Source: Takakia lepidozioides (lineage: Eukaryota > Plantae > Bryophyta). From it: a DNA stretch of 64,000 nt. The stretch is from NCBI GenBank assembly GCA_030704615.1, contig CM060733.1, positions 57,102,001 through 57,166,000 of the forward strand, written 5' to 3'. Positions 52,555 through 64,000 of the stretch are shown here, one piece after another. Position 1 is the first letter of the stretch; every line of letters begins with the position of its first letter. Both the position numbers and the translations under genes were made by a program. The notes below the pieces were generated by a model that saw nothing but the letters and a program-made list of their open reading frames with translations, had not been told where the DNA came from and ran no database searches.

Positions 52555-53250
52555 ATGAGGGAGGAGTGGATCCCTTGGTTCACCGTAGACCCGCACAAAA
52601 AAGACGGTGTTCAATGCAATCATTGAAGCTAGCGGGTCGCAAAGATCGCATGTTATATCACATCGGCTATAGAGATGGGAAGAATGCAAGGGTTAGTTTG
52701 TGCCCAAAAGCCTCCATGCGAGTGAAAGCCCACTCTGCCCAATGTGGAGGCAATATCCCACCGTCTCTTGATGTGGCCGCAGCTTCTGAGCCAAACACTC
52801 CAGGTTTGAATCAAAATGTCCCTCAGAGTTGTACCCAAGGGGATTCTTGCGAGGCGTCTGCTGTTCGTGGAGAAGCCGGTGGGTCAGGAGCAACACCCGA
52901 TTATACACCAGCACTTGTACGGACCAGACCATTGAAACAACAATCAATGCAAGAAGGCTTAAATTTGTCGCACATGAGGACTCTGGATAAGAAGTGGGCC
53001 CAATTTTTCTACGAGGCTAATATTCCGTTCAATGTCTCGAGGCTTCCTGCGTTTGTGGCTGCTGTCAAAAAGCCACGTCCGATTCCAAGTCCACATACAC
53101 ACACCTTCGAGTTATCGCGATCTCCGCACAGGATTGCTAGAAGATGCTATGTCTGACCTCACCCAAAAGGTGAATGAAAAGACAGGTGATTCTCTCCGGA
53201 AATATGGAAGCACTACATGTGCGGACGGTTGGAGTTCTGTTACTAACCAT
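52555..53250 (+). mobile_element. hAT transposase fragment (decayed BED finger + DUF659-like region)
   Basis: GVQCNH...RMLYHIG...LCPK; LDKKWAQFFYEANIPFNVSRLPAF; PSSYRDLRTGLL...YGSTTCADGWSSVTN (first catalytic Asp). Confidence 0.85.
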
Positions 53251-53439
53251 TTGGATGGGCAACCATCCGTTGGCCCATTGAACGAATTTCGATTGATCTT
53301 ATATTACGCTCGGGCCTCTTCCATGGTATATTGAATATACTGGTCAAGTCTCAAAGCAAACCAAAATCATTTGGAAGCAAATGATTTATTCGTCTGTTCA
53401 TTTATTTGTGATTAATCGTTAATGGTGAAAAGGATAAAC

Positions 53440-53810
53440 CAAAGGTTCCTTGATCAAAAAAAATTTGAATGATTTGAAATTTTGCCAGTATGTTCTACAT
53501 GCCTCTTACATGGACAGGACAAGTATGAGATTAATCAAAAATGGTTCATAGGAGAAACCATGGTTACTTGATGTGCCGATTTCTGAATGCTTTCAAACTT
53601 TGTCATTGCATTGTACATGCCCTCTTAAAGGTACCGGACAAGTATGAGTTTGATTTAAAATATTGCAATGGGTGAACCAATGGTATCTTCATTTAGCAAT
53701 TTTTGATTGTTTTGAAACTTTGCCAGTATATTGTACATGCCGTCAAACAGGTACCGAACAAGTATGAGGTCATTCAAAAATGGTTCAAAGGATGAACCTC
53801 GTATTTCCAA
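53440..53810. repeat. Three degenerate ~120-bp tandem units
   Basis: tttgaaaYtttgccagtat..tacatgcc...ggtaccggacaagtatgag...aaaatggttca repeated. Confidence 0.7.
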
Positions 53811-53909
53811 AAATTACGTAGACTATACAGTGGGTTGCACATTTAAGTTTTCGCAACTTGAGACCTTTGGCCTACTCCCTACGTTTCTAGCTTTTCCAGT
53901 CATCTTCAT

Positions 53910-55050
53910 CTAGATTTATTTCTTTATTGTCGTCATCTCCAGATGTTGATGAAGATGCTCCGGGTGTAAAAGACGTGCCTCCACCAGTACGGAGAACTCG
54001 AGCCTGGGCTCGAGTAGTCAAAGAGAGACTAGTGTTGTGTGGTCCACCCTTGCCATCATCCGTAGCGTTCTAGGAGAGTGCTGACTCTCTTCCACATTTG
54101 CCAGAGCCGGGTTTGTTGCTCTTGCTACGGCTTCATGCAATTTTTCAATTAAATCCGATATGTTTGGAAGTGACAAGAACATCCATGGAATAGGGGCAAC
54201 TTGGTCACGTCATGTGTTCTGCCAATACTTTACAACACTCGTGATGGTAGCCTTGAAATTGTCCAACACCTCCTCCTGCTGGGGGTCTCTGCGCAACTCT
54301 GGAAGAAATGGCCCTTCATCCCGACGAGGCACCCAATTCATATCTTCTTAACGGATGCTAGCGGCCTCCAACTCCTTTAGAAATAAGTCTCTCCCAATCG
54401 GTTCGCGATTGTATGGGTCGTTTTCCGCTGGCACCCATGGATCCTCAGGTAGTCGGAAGAATCTTTGTTTGGTACAGCTCCAATGCCCTCCCAAGTTCCG
54501 GTAAAAAAACTCCCTTTGGACTGGGTCTCGTATGTCTTTAGTGCGCATGGTTATTTCCCAGTTGGATGTCACCCAAAAGGTCACCAGATCTTTAACCCTA
54601 GTTAACGTCTTCGCATCCATGGCATGCATCTATTTTGGAGCATCCCATGTCATTGTCTCTCCCCAGTGCTGTCAATTTAAAAAATCGTAAGGCGATACAT
54701 CCAATGGCATGTTGTACCGGTTGTACTCGTATCCCGTGGGCATATTGTCTTGCAACCCAAACAACTCATAGAAACGTCGATGGATTGGTCCACGACAGTC
54801 AGGGCATTGGCTGGCTCGCATGGCTGCCGATATGAGACATGCGGGATGGAACAAATGGCCACATGAACCAAGCATATAACCTCAATCTGGTCCGTAAGGG
54901 TTTAGGCACATTGTACACACCGTACCGTCTGTTACCCATGACGCTGGATTGCTCCGTGGTATCCACGTCCGTTTATCCTCATAAATATTGGATGACATCC
55001 TCGGCCTGCTGTCCCAGTCCTCCTCTACTTCCAAATCTCAGTTTATGCTC
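53910..55050 (-). pseudogene. RING-H2 zinc-finger protein pseudogene
   Basis: CTMCLNPYGPD*GYMLGSCGHLFHPACLISAAMRASQCPDCR fits C-x2-C-x14-C-x-H-x2-H-x2-C-x10-C-x2-C. It has an in-frame TGA and downstream frameshifts. Confidence 0.75.
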
Positions 55051-55688
55051 TTATTGGTATCGGAGAGGGTTGCTATTCCATATGCACAGGTTGCGTGCAT
55101 GCATGCACAAAATCCCTTATTATATATGCATGTGACAAATTTGTATGCACACATTGTAGATTGTATGCAGTGGAGTTATATAACATAGAATACGACGTAT
55201 TTATTGCATATGCAAATGTTAAATCATATGTATATAGAAAAAATAAAAATAAAAAAAATAAAAAAAATCTTAGCTAACAAAATCAGTAGTCAATGGTCAA
55301 AGATGCATGTGACCCTTAACTCCACTAATGCACCACCTTAAACTGAAGAGAATACAAGATCCCTGGCCAAAGTAATAGTTTGCAAACTTGTATTCAAGGA
55401 AAACGGTTTCATATTAACCAAAATATGGACTTTTGTACTAACAAATGCATATGTGTTATGTTTGGAACCACCACATTGTATGTTTGTTTGTAATGCCAAG
55501 CAGTTCTATAATTTGAAAACTTGTATGACAGGTACACAAGTTCCATTTTAACCAAAATAGGAACTTTTGTACTAACAAATGTTATGTGTTATGTTTGGAA
55601 TAAAGTAGTAACAAGATAATTACATGTCACATGCATGAAAATGAACGGCACAAGTTAGAGGTTCTTTTTTTGTGCATTTCATGTGTCA

Positions 55689-58547
55689 CTAAGAAGTTGA
55701 ACTAGGGTCCTTCTTTAGCATAGCCCTAACCTCTAACTAGCTAAGGGAAGGTTGGTGGATCTCATAAGCCCCGGCGCATCCTAGATGCACGTTGTATATG
55801 AAGTACATGTGCTTACAAGGTAGATATGTTTGTTTTTTCTTCTTGACAGATAGCTCATCAAAGTCGGACAATCACAAGATGGAAACTGATCAATGTATAC
55901 ATTGTAAACCAATCCTGCTCTGGTAGATCCCTCTGTTTGTAGCTCGTAAATTCTCCCATAACCTGGCTGAGGCATGTTTCTGAATCCACGAACCTCAGCA
56001 ATAAGAGTCTTCGTTGACTCTTGGCGACTCAAGTGTCGAGGAGTCGGATCCCAACGCCGAATGCGCATCCCATAGCGTGTAGTGGGATATTTATCCACAG
56101 GAAGGACAACACCTTGATGAATATGTTGTTCCACTGGAAGTGGTCCCACAGGAAAGTGCGGATCAGGAACGTTGGGAGGATGGACTAGTCGAAAACCTGC
56201 AAGGGTCAAGTTGTCCACCTCTTCTTGTGTAAGGTTGGTTCCAACCTTCACAGGCCACACGTTAGGTATACCCGGTTTTCCCAAGCAATAGGATGGCACG
56301 GTCCCTCCAACACACGACAAAACATCTGTGGGGCAAAACCAAAAAACTTGCAGTTTTGGTTCTTTCATGTTCGGTGCTAGTAACTTGCCAGTGAAGCAAG
56401 GTGCAGGACTTCCTTTACCTTTCCTGATGAGCGCTTTGCATTTATCCTTGGAAACTCCAACCAAGGCAGAACAACGAACCATGGAAGCAGGACCTGTCCG
56501 CTGAATCCTGAACAATGCATCGGAAAAGTCTTGTGTCTCTCTCACTGGATTTCCCCATTGCATTGGCTGAGGAGGGATAGCAACATGTGGATTTGTCTCA
56601 CAGAAAGTCGAAGAACCAGAAGAGAGCCACCAAGCCCGAATTGCAATGTATGTGGTTGTAGCATCCTCCAAGGTAGCACTATCTTTCCATTCATAACAGA
56701 GCTGAGTGTGCCTTTCACAGAAGTCCTCCAAGATATAGTCGTTGGTGTGTCTTCGGAGGCTTTCAGCCCAATGATATAAACATGTTCTTTCTTTACCTTC
56801 CATTGGGACATTGGGATCAGATCCATAAACCCTTCGAACAGCAGCCCAATTCGCTCTTGTTGCATCCGCCATGAAGCCAACAAAATTTGGTTTGTTCAAA
56901 CCAGCAAGTTTTGCTTGTTCATTGATCATCTCCCAGAATAACACCTGAGCATCTGCATCCTGTGTTTTCATATCGCAAATGGCAATGGTCATCATTCGCT
57001 TGACATATGGTTCATAGACATGACACGCAAGAGTTGTCCAATCCTTGATGCGTTTGACATGGTCAAATACTACCCAACTTGTGCGTAGATCCCCCTCACT
57101 CATGCGACGCACAAGATCAACACCACTCCCGGGACCAGCAACAGACATCTTGAAAACATGGGGGAGATGAGAAGTATGCTGGCATGGAAGGAGATTGTTG
57201 TGAATGAAATGGTATGTACTCAGACGCTTCAACTCCAATATGGACATGATGGAATTGATACGTGCAGATGCGACCTTGTTTTTCACATTGGGGCTACAAA
57301 CATGGGCAAACTCTTCAAGAATATCTTCCAAAGCCTCTCCCTCAAGACGTACTGTCTCTGTGCCATCAGCCACAAGAACTCGATCAATCAAGAACTTCTG
57401 GGCCATTGACAAGGAAATAGCTCCCGGGGTCGACCATGGCTTCATCTTAACGTGCTCTTGAATCATGCTTGATGCATTTTCCGCAGCCTCTCTATTCTCG
57501 CCCTTGGCACATGGAGGGTTATGAAACCCAACGTGAACTGCAACACGTGTATATGTTGGAAGGGAACTTGTGACATAGTACATTCTTGCCCCACAATGCG
57601 CCTCACAGAAAGGTCTTGCTTTGCAGAAACTACACTTGAACTGGTTGAATGGAACTTGGGCTCCTGCAATGAACACCTTGTCTGCATTGCCTTCCCAATA
57701 GCGGTCATTCCGTTCTCCTTCTTTCTTGAAGAAGGGGCAAGTGCTGCTTTGACATATGAGCTTTCCAACACAAAGAACCTTACTGCATTTCACATGATCT
57801 GGAACACCAGACATATTGTAGGTATTGGTCTTGCACCAAGGATGACCATCAAACTTGTGGTCCATGCCTTGGAGGGACTGTGAACCACGGTCCGTACGTA
57901 GTTTGACCACGGGGGGCCTTTTGATCCATTCCTCCGAGCAGTGGCCAAGATACTCAAAATGGACAACACACCAGAAGGAAATGCAGATGTAGCCTCCTCT
58001 GCTAGTCGTGGAGATGAAGATAAACCCCTCGCAGTTTCGCAACAATCAGACATGGTGTTGTCCAATGGAGTTTTCCGAGGCTTCATGTCGTGAAGCAAGA
58101 CCGTATGAGCAGATGAGGAAGGTTGAGATCCACAAAATACACTCTTAGAAACCTCAACACAATCGGAATTATGAGACCCCAAGCTCGCCGAATCTGCAAC
58201 CTCCTCCTTCAATTTACAACTCCCATTTGTTGCAGCTTGATCGTTTTTTCTTGCAATAGAAGTGTTCCTCTCATCATGTGACTGTGTATAGCTCGTACCT
58301 GTGACACGGTACTTGGAGAAAGTGTCTGGAAACAACTCCCATTGCTTTTGGCCGTCATTGAAACTGGAAGCAACACTGTGGAGGCATCATCATCTCCATC
58401 ATCCTCCAAAAAAACTGAACCCGGAACAAGTTTGAATCTATTGCATAACCAAGGTTCTGGGATAATGCACTTGTTTCCATTGCAAGGATAACGAACCACT
58501 TTTGCATCAGGTGGACATGAAAGCAATGCATATTTTGGTGTAGACAT
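55689..58547 (-). pseudogene. MULE-like transposase with GCM/WRKY-like N-terminal zinc finger and C-terminal SWIM finger (copy 2)
   Basis: 754-aa ORF: C-rich ICQSSTCPFF..CSFCK..CGARMYY..HVGFH, VVFDHVKR (D1), GFMADATRANW (D2), CLYHW (MULE CxxH). The SWIM finger PSCDCP...YLPCKH is recovered across a 1-nt frameshift. The 5' part is frameshifted back to the ATG at 58547. Confidence 0.8.
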
Positions 58548-59598
58548 TTGGCAATGCCCTCAAAGTTTGAGAGAAGATGCAAAATGAATGAAAGCGCACA
58601 TCTTGCAAGACCTTATGCAAATACATTAAATGGCTCACATTACTTATGTGTATCATCAATCCAGAATGTCCAAATTTTTTGAGGCATGTGCTCCATCCAT
58701 ATTATTCTCTGACAGAAACAACTAAATGGACTATCCCCTATTTTTAAGACGACGGCGCCGTTGTTAAGATCTTAGAATCCAATGTACTGCCTTCTTCTAA
58801 TGAGCATATGAAACATAAATGCTCTGCATGTTTCCATTTATTTTACAACCAATCGTTGATTAATCGTCCAACTATGAACTGACACACTAGACGGCACAAT
58901 TTATTTACAATCAAATCCCATGACATGTATGTTGATTTGTTCTTTGATTACTCATGTATGAGTAATGAGTACAAGTATTTGTGGCGACAATTGACTCTAA
59001 AACCAATAAATTGATTAAGACACCCTTAACAAAATATTTAGTTACTTTATCACTTACTTTATATTGTATTATGAAGGCGCCGCCACAAAGTAACATGTCA
59101 ATCGTACAACCATCTTCTGAGGATCCACGTGTAACCCATGTAGTCCAGAAAGCACTAACGCCAGAGTATATAAAAAAGGTTCACATTTCAGATTTGGCCT
59201 TTTTAAGGCCTTCGCCTTCGCCCAAGCCCCCCTTTCCCCCCGCTCTCCTTGGCGGGGGCAGGTTTGAACCCGCAACCTAGTGGAAAATACACCACAACTT
59301 TACCAACAAACCATGCTCTATTCAATGAAACAACCTCTATTTTTGTTAATAAACTGTTTCTATTCAGTTAAACTTGTTGCCATTACTACATGACTAACCC
59401 GGTATCATTACTACACTAACGTAGTCTAGTATACTTGCACATTATCCCTTGCCACTCCCCCAAACAAACACACACAAACTACACAAGCACTTAACACGTC
59501 TCTAGTCTCTACACCCTACTCCCGTTGCGAAGAGGAGACGGAGGCGCCGCATCTCGGCCTTATACTATACCACCCCGAGGCAACGAGTTGTTGCGGCG

Positions 59599-62500
59599 AT
59601 GGGGAGGAAGAAGGATTCCCGAGGGGGAGGCGTTGCTGGTGGTGGTGGTGGTGGTAGAGGCAAGCTGCGGACGGAGAAGGTAAGCTATAGTTTTGTTTTT
59701 TTTTCATGACCTGCACTTAGGCATATACGCCATCGCATAAGCCCCACCAAGCTGCTCCTAATCTAGCACCTCCGCCGGCACAGATGCCTAAGTCACTTCA
59801 ACTCTCACAAGTTTGCGAATCCACACATACACACAACCGTCTCCGCCGGCGGAGACAGCTCATTCCCCTTGGTTTTTTCTGATGCTTGGAAGGGCTGGGC
59901 TGCCACCTCCGCCGGCGCATACCGTTGGAGCTGGGATGCTCACATGTTTCAGGAAGTGCTCCTCTACTCCCATCCCGTTTATTTTTTTGCATGCTCATAC
60001 ATTGCTGATGCTCCGAGCGGGTTGGGCTGGCGTATCCGCCGGCGCATACCTGTGCAGCAGGGCTGCTCAAATGTTTTTTCCGCATGCTCAAAAGTTGCTG
60101 ATGCTCCGAGTGGGCTGCGCTGGCATATCCGCCGGCGCATACCCATTGAGTACATTCTTTTTTGCTCAGTTCATAGGTTTCAGGAACCTCCTGCGGCTTG
60201 GAGCTTGGTTTTTTTTGCATACTCCCTGTGTTACGGAAGCTCCAAAGCGCCAAGACTGCCACCTCTGTCAACGCAGACCCGTGCAGCAGGGCTGCTCACA
60301 TATTTCAGGAAGTTCTCCCCCCCCCCCCTTCCATCTCTTTTGTTTCTCCGCATTCTCATAAGTTGTTGATGCTCCGAGCGGGCTGGGCTGCCATATCCGC
60401 CGGCGCATACCCATTGAGCACAATCTTTTTTTGCTTAGCTCCTAGGTTTCAAGAACCTCATGCAAGCATCTCCGCCGGCAGAGATGCTTGGAGCTTGGTT
60501 TTTTGTTGTATATTCCTTGTGTTACGTAAGCTCCAAAGTGTCGAGGCTACCACCTCCGTCGGCGCAGACGCTTGGGGAACCTTCCCTATTTTGGTTGATC
60601 ACAGTATTCAAGTATCTCAAAGCTTCTACGTTGCCACCTCCACAACTCCACATGCTTCCATAGGCCTAGTTTGATCTTTCAAGGTGCTCCTATATGTTTG
60701 GCTACAACCTCCCTTCCATGGTATGCGCCGGCGCATATGCTTGGAGCTCCTTGAGCAAAAATTTCTTCAAGGGCCTCAAATCTTGTCAAATTTTGAGTTG
60801 GTTGCACATATGTGTCATATACGCCGGCGTAGGTGGTCGGAGGTCCTCTGTCGGGATGCTCAGGCCTGTATTCTGCTCCAAGTTGTAAGCTTTGAAAGAC
60901 AAGGATATTCATGGAATTAGTTGACTATCCAAATTCATTTGTTTTCTTCATGCAACCATGACACTGAGTTGCTCTTTTTACATATTATACATTCACACAT
61001 GTGCTCTTCTCATACACTGACATCTTGAACTGTTTTGGTCTATGGAATTAGGAAATTACTACTACAACTGAAGCTGTGGAGGCCGGGACGCTTGCAATCA
61101 TTATTGACGACATTGATGCAGGGAATTGGGGGGCAGATGAGTATGAAGAGGATACAACATCTAGTGATCCTCTTTCTCTAGATGCCAAACAGGCAATTAT
61201 TCTGGAAAAGAAACAAGATCTGAATGTAACTTTCAGGTCCCTCCTCATTGAGGATGGAGTTATGGACATTCCATTGTGTCGCATGATTTCTATGCAGGTT
61301 GTTAGGCCCGCCCTTGCCAACAACATCCTAAAGCTTAGAGGAGACTTCTATTCTGGATACCATCCAGGAGCAGCCGTGTTCTATGTTTCTGTTGAGGGGA
61401 TTGATGGATCTACTATAGATGTAGGTCCTGATATCATCTCTACATGGGATAGTCATTGGAAAACAGTCAATGATGAGTTTGAGAAGTATCTTGAGTCCAA
61501 GCCAAAGTTGCATCATCTTCGGGGGAAGATGTTTCATGTCTGGGATGGGAATCATAGGCTTCAAGCATGGTATCCCTATATCAATGAAGTTCATGGGGCC
61601 AACTTGTCAAGACATGTCTGTGTGACAAGTTGGGTGCTCAATGCGGACATTGAAAATCGTGGTTCCCTCAGGTCCATCATGGATGGAGTGAATGTGTGAG
61701 TTTCCTTTCTATTCTTCATTTACTTTCATGTTCAATGTTGTCATGTTCTTGCTCAATGGATGTACATATACACATCTTCTTTCTAATGATCATATTTTAT
61801 ATGTGCAGGGCAACAGAGAGGGCACATGTTACATCCAAATTTGTGCACTTGGTTTGCAAGGTCAATATGATTGGCCTTACACCTGTCTCTGAATGGAAGA
61901 ATGTATTGAGGAAAGAGCAATACGACGAATGCATCAAGAAAGCAGGAAAGACTTGGTATAACTTGACAGTCCATGCAATGACAGAGATTTTGTACAAGGT
62001 AACATCATGTCTTAACCAAGTTTCATTCTTTGCATCCATAGACAAGATTCACCTCTGGTTCATGTTATGAACTGTTTTGGTTCTTTTGGCAGCATGATAT
62101 CGTTGAGGCCCAACGCATGGCGGGGGAAGCTTACAAACTTGCTGAGGGACCAAAGAGTCAAGAGGGCCTTGAAGATACAATGAGACAGGCTGGATTGAAA
62201 GCAAGGGAGCAACACAAGAGTCAGCTTGTGAAGTTGCTTCCTATTGCTGATCCAACCCTTGGAGAGGGGTTTCTCCAAGAACTTAAACTGCATTGGTCAC
62301 GTGTAAAGGCAGGATCAGAGGAAATGACCCAAGAGAAAATGGTGAACATTGCTACCGCCCGGGTGGATCCTGAAGAAAAGGTGGAATGGCTACATATATG
62401 GAATGGAGACCAAACACTTCACAACCGTAATTTTTTTCCACCCGGGCCTATCAGTGGGCCAACACTTGATCCTTGGCTGAATAGAAGGACTTTTTGGTGG

Positions 62501-64000
62501 CAGGTACATATACAATCATTATCTTCTCAATGCAATTAATTCATTTTGTTGATGACACATTAACATAGTTATTTAACTGACTGTATTTTCTGGCAGCTTC
62601 GCAAGGTTGCCTTGGCTCAGTTTGCCTTGTACACCACTCAGCTTGGCCAATTTCATGTTGCCTTGGAGGAAGGAGAGAGTGAGAGTCTGGGAGACTACAT
62701 GGATACATGGAAGATGACTCATTTCAATGAGTTGTTTCATAGAGAGTTCTCATTGCCAAAGGGGCCATTCAGAGGCAATGATTGGGAACAACAAACAGGT
62801 GGGGAGAAGGTGGTGAGACGGATTTTATTCAAGTACCATCTTTCCATTGCATTGTACATGGATAGTGTATACACCTTGTAAGTCAAAAATGTCTATGCTT
62901 CAAGTATTTTTCTAGTACATTGGGAAATACATGTTTCTTAATGTGCTTGTTCAATTGTTGAACAGGTTGCATAAATATTTGTCTCCACAATAACTTTGAA
63001 TGTGTTTGTATTTTAGGTACATGAGATTTGTGCTTGTACCGAGTGATCGACTTAAGGCTGAGCCCAAGTTTCTGATGGCCTGGAAGTTTGGTGCTCAACA
63101 AGCTTCCATGTACACACCTGCAATTGAGGAAGATTGGGGTGTGGAACACCGGGAAGGGGGGGGTTGGTATTTGGATATGCCCAAGGGTACTATCCCCTAT
63201 GCAGAAATGGGACTTCATAAGGAATGTGTTCGCAGGCAGTCAGTGAGTGATGAAGGGGTCCTTGTTCTTGATCTGGAGCAAGCAGAACAGATTGCTACAC
63301 AGGCCGCTGACACTGTAGCCCAAGTGGTCCCTGCCGTTGTGGGTGTACCAAAACGCAAATCACGAAAAAGAAAAGGTGCGGATGTCAATGCAGGTGTGGC
63401 TTCTATTGCTGGTCCTATTGGTAGTTCTTCACATCCTTCAAATCAGTTGGTTGTAGTGCCTGCACCTGCTACTCGAGGAAACAAGCCAAAGGCAGGCGAA
63501 CATCCTTACAGTGCAGTGTCATTTTCTGGTGGTGCACCTAGCATGTATCGCATGAAGATCATGCCTACTCATTTCATTGATATGGTGGAGGTCTCAAGTA
63601 CATCTCCTGATGCGACCTTGAAAGAGCTCATGGAGTTCTTAAAAAATGTGAGTTTCCCCCAACAAACAAACTTGAATGTAAGGAATTCTTCAATGTTTTT
63701 ATATCGTCATCTCCGGCTATTGACTCCTACATTTTCTGTATGTTGTTTGCAGTTGCCAGGAACTTGGTCTAGTGTTGTGGATGGAAAAAGCGTGCTTGTG
63801 GCTGTGGACATGATCATCGTGGACTACCCGACAGAAATGCCTGTACAGGGCTGTTTGGATGGTGTACAGGTTCCTCCCTGGAATGCTTTTGATAAACGGT
63901 ATTGGGAGTATGCATTCTCCATTGCTAATGACCTGTTGGATGACAATGGATGCGTGGTGTTCTTGCAGGGCTCCGATGATTCCTTTGCATTGGAGCTCTT
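59599..64000 (+). CDS. ParB/Srx-like + beta-class amino-methyltransferase fusion gene (copy 2; reading frame intact as far as visible)
   Basis: Exons 59599-59679 (MGRKKDSRGGG..RTEK), 61052-61695, 61809-61998, 62093-62503, 62597-62877, 63017-63647 and 63753->64000 splice in frame with GT-AG introns and no stop. DGNHR lies at 61544 and VDMIIVDYPT at ~63804-63833. Confidence 0.8.
59770..60830. repeat. Intronic CCGCCGGCGCATACC repeats (copy 2)
   Basis: About 9 CGCCGGC cores between 59772 and 60829. Confidence 0.8.

Larger units (their letters stand above)
55689..64000. mobile_element. Copy 2 of the MULE-like transposase + ParB-methyltransferase element (runs off the window)
   Basis: Same divergent two-gene layout as copy 1, at high identity. 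Confidence 0.8.

Overview
Eukaryotic, transposon-dense nuclear DNA from a land plant, probably bryophyte/lycophyte/fern grade (PLS-E-DYW PPR genes, tRNA-Met-primed Ty1/Copia, CACTA, hAT, spliceosomal introns). There is a 500-N assembly gap at 14791-15290. The most notable content is a two-gene cassette present twice (15291-~23300 and ~55690->64000). It pairs a minus-strand Mutator-like (MULE) transposase, which has an N-terminal GCM/WRKY-like zinc finger and a C-terminal SWIM finger, head-to-head with a plus-strand gene of about 11 exons (~1120 aa once spliced). That gene fuses a ParB/sulfiredoxin-like domain (DGNHR) to a prokaryote-type, circularly permuted (beta-class) N6-adenine/N4-cytosine DNA methyltransferase fold. 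The ORF track misses the fusion because introns split it. The window also holds a full-length Copia element (307-bp LTRs, AAAAC target duplication), a disrupted PPR-DYW gene with PPR fragments, a protein-kinase pseudogene cut by a CACTA end, two phased hairpin arrays upstream of TATA boxes, hAT, P-like, Gypsy, LINE and Copia relics, a RING-H2 pseudogene, a TAF15-like exon, and several tandem or inverted duplications. All calls come from manual reading and motif recognition; no searches were run.
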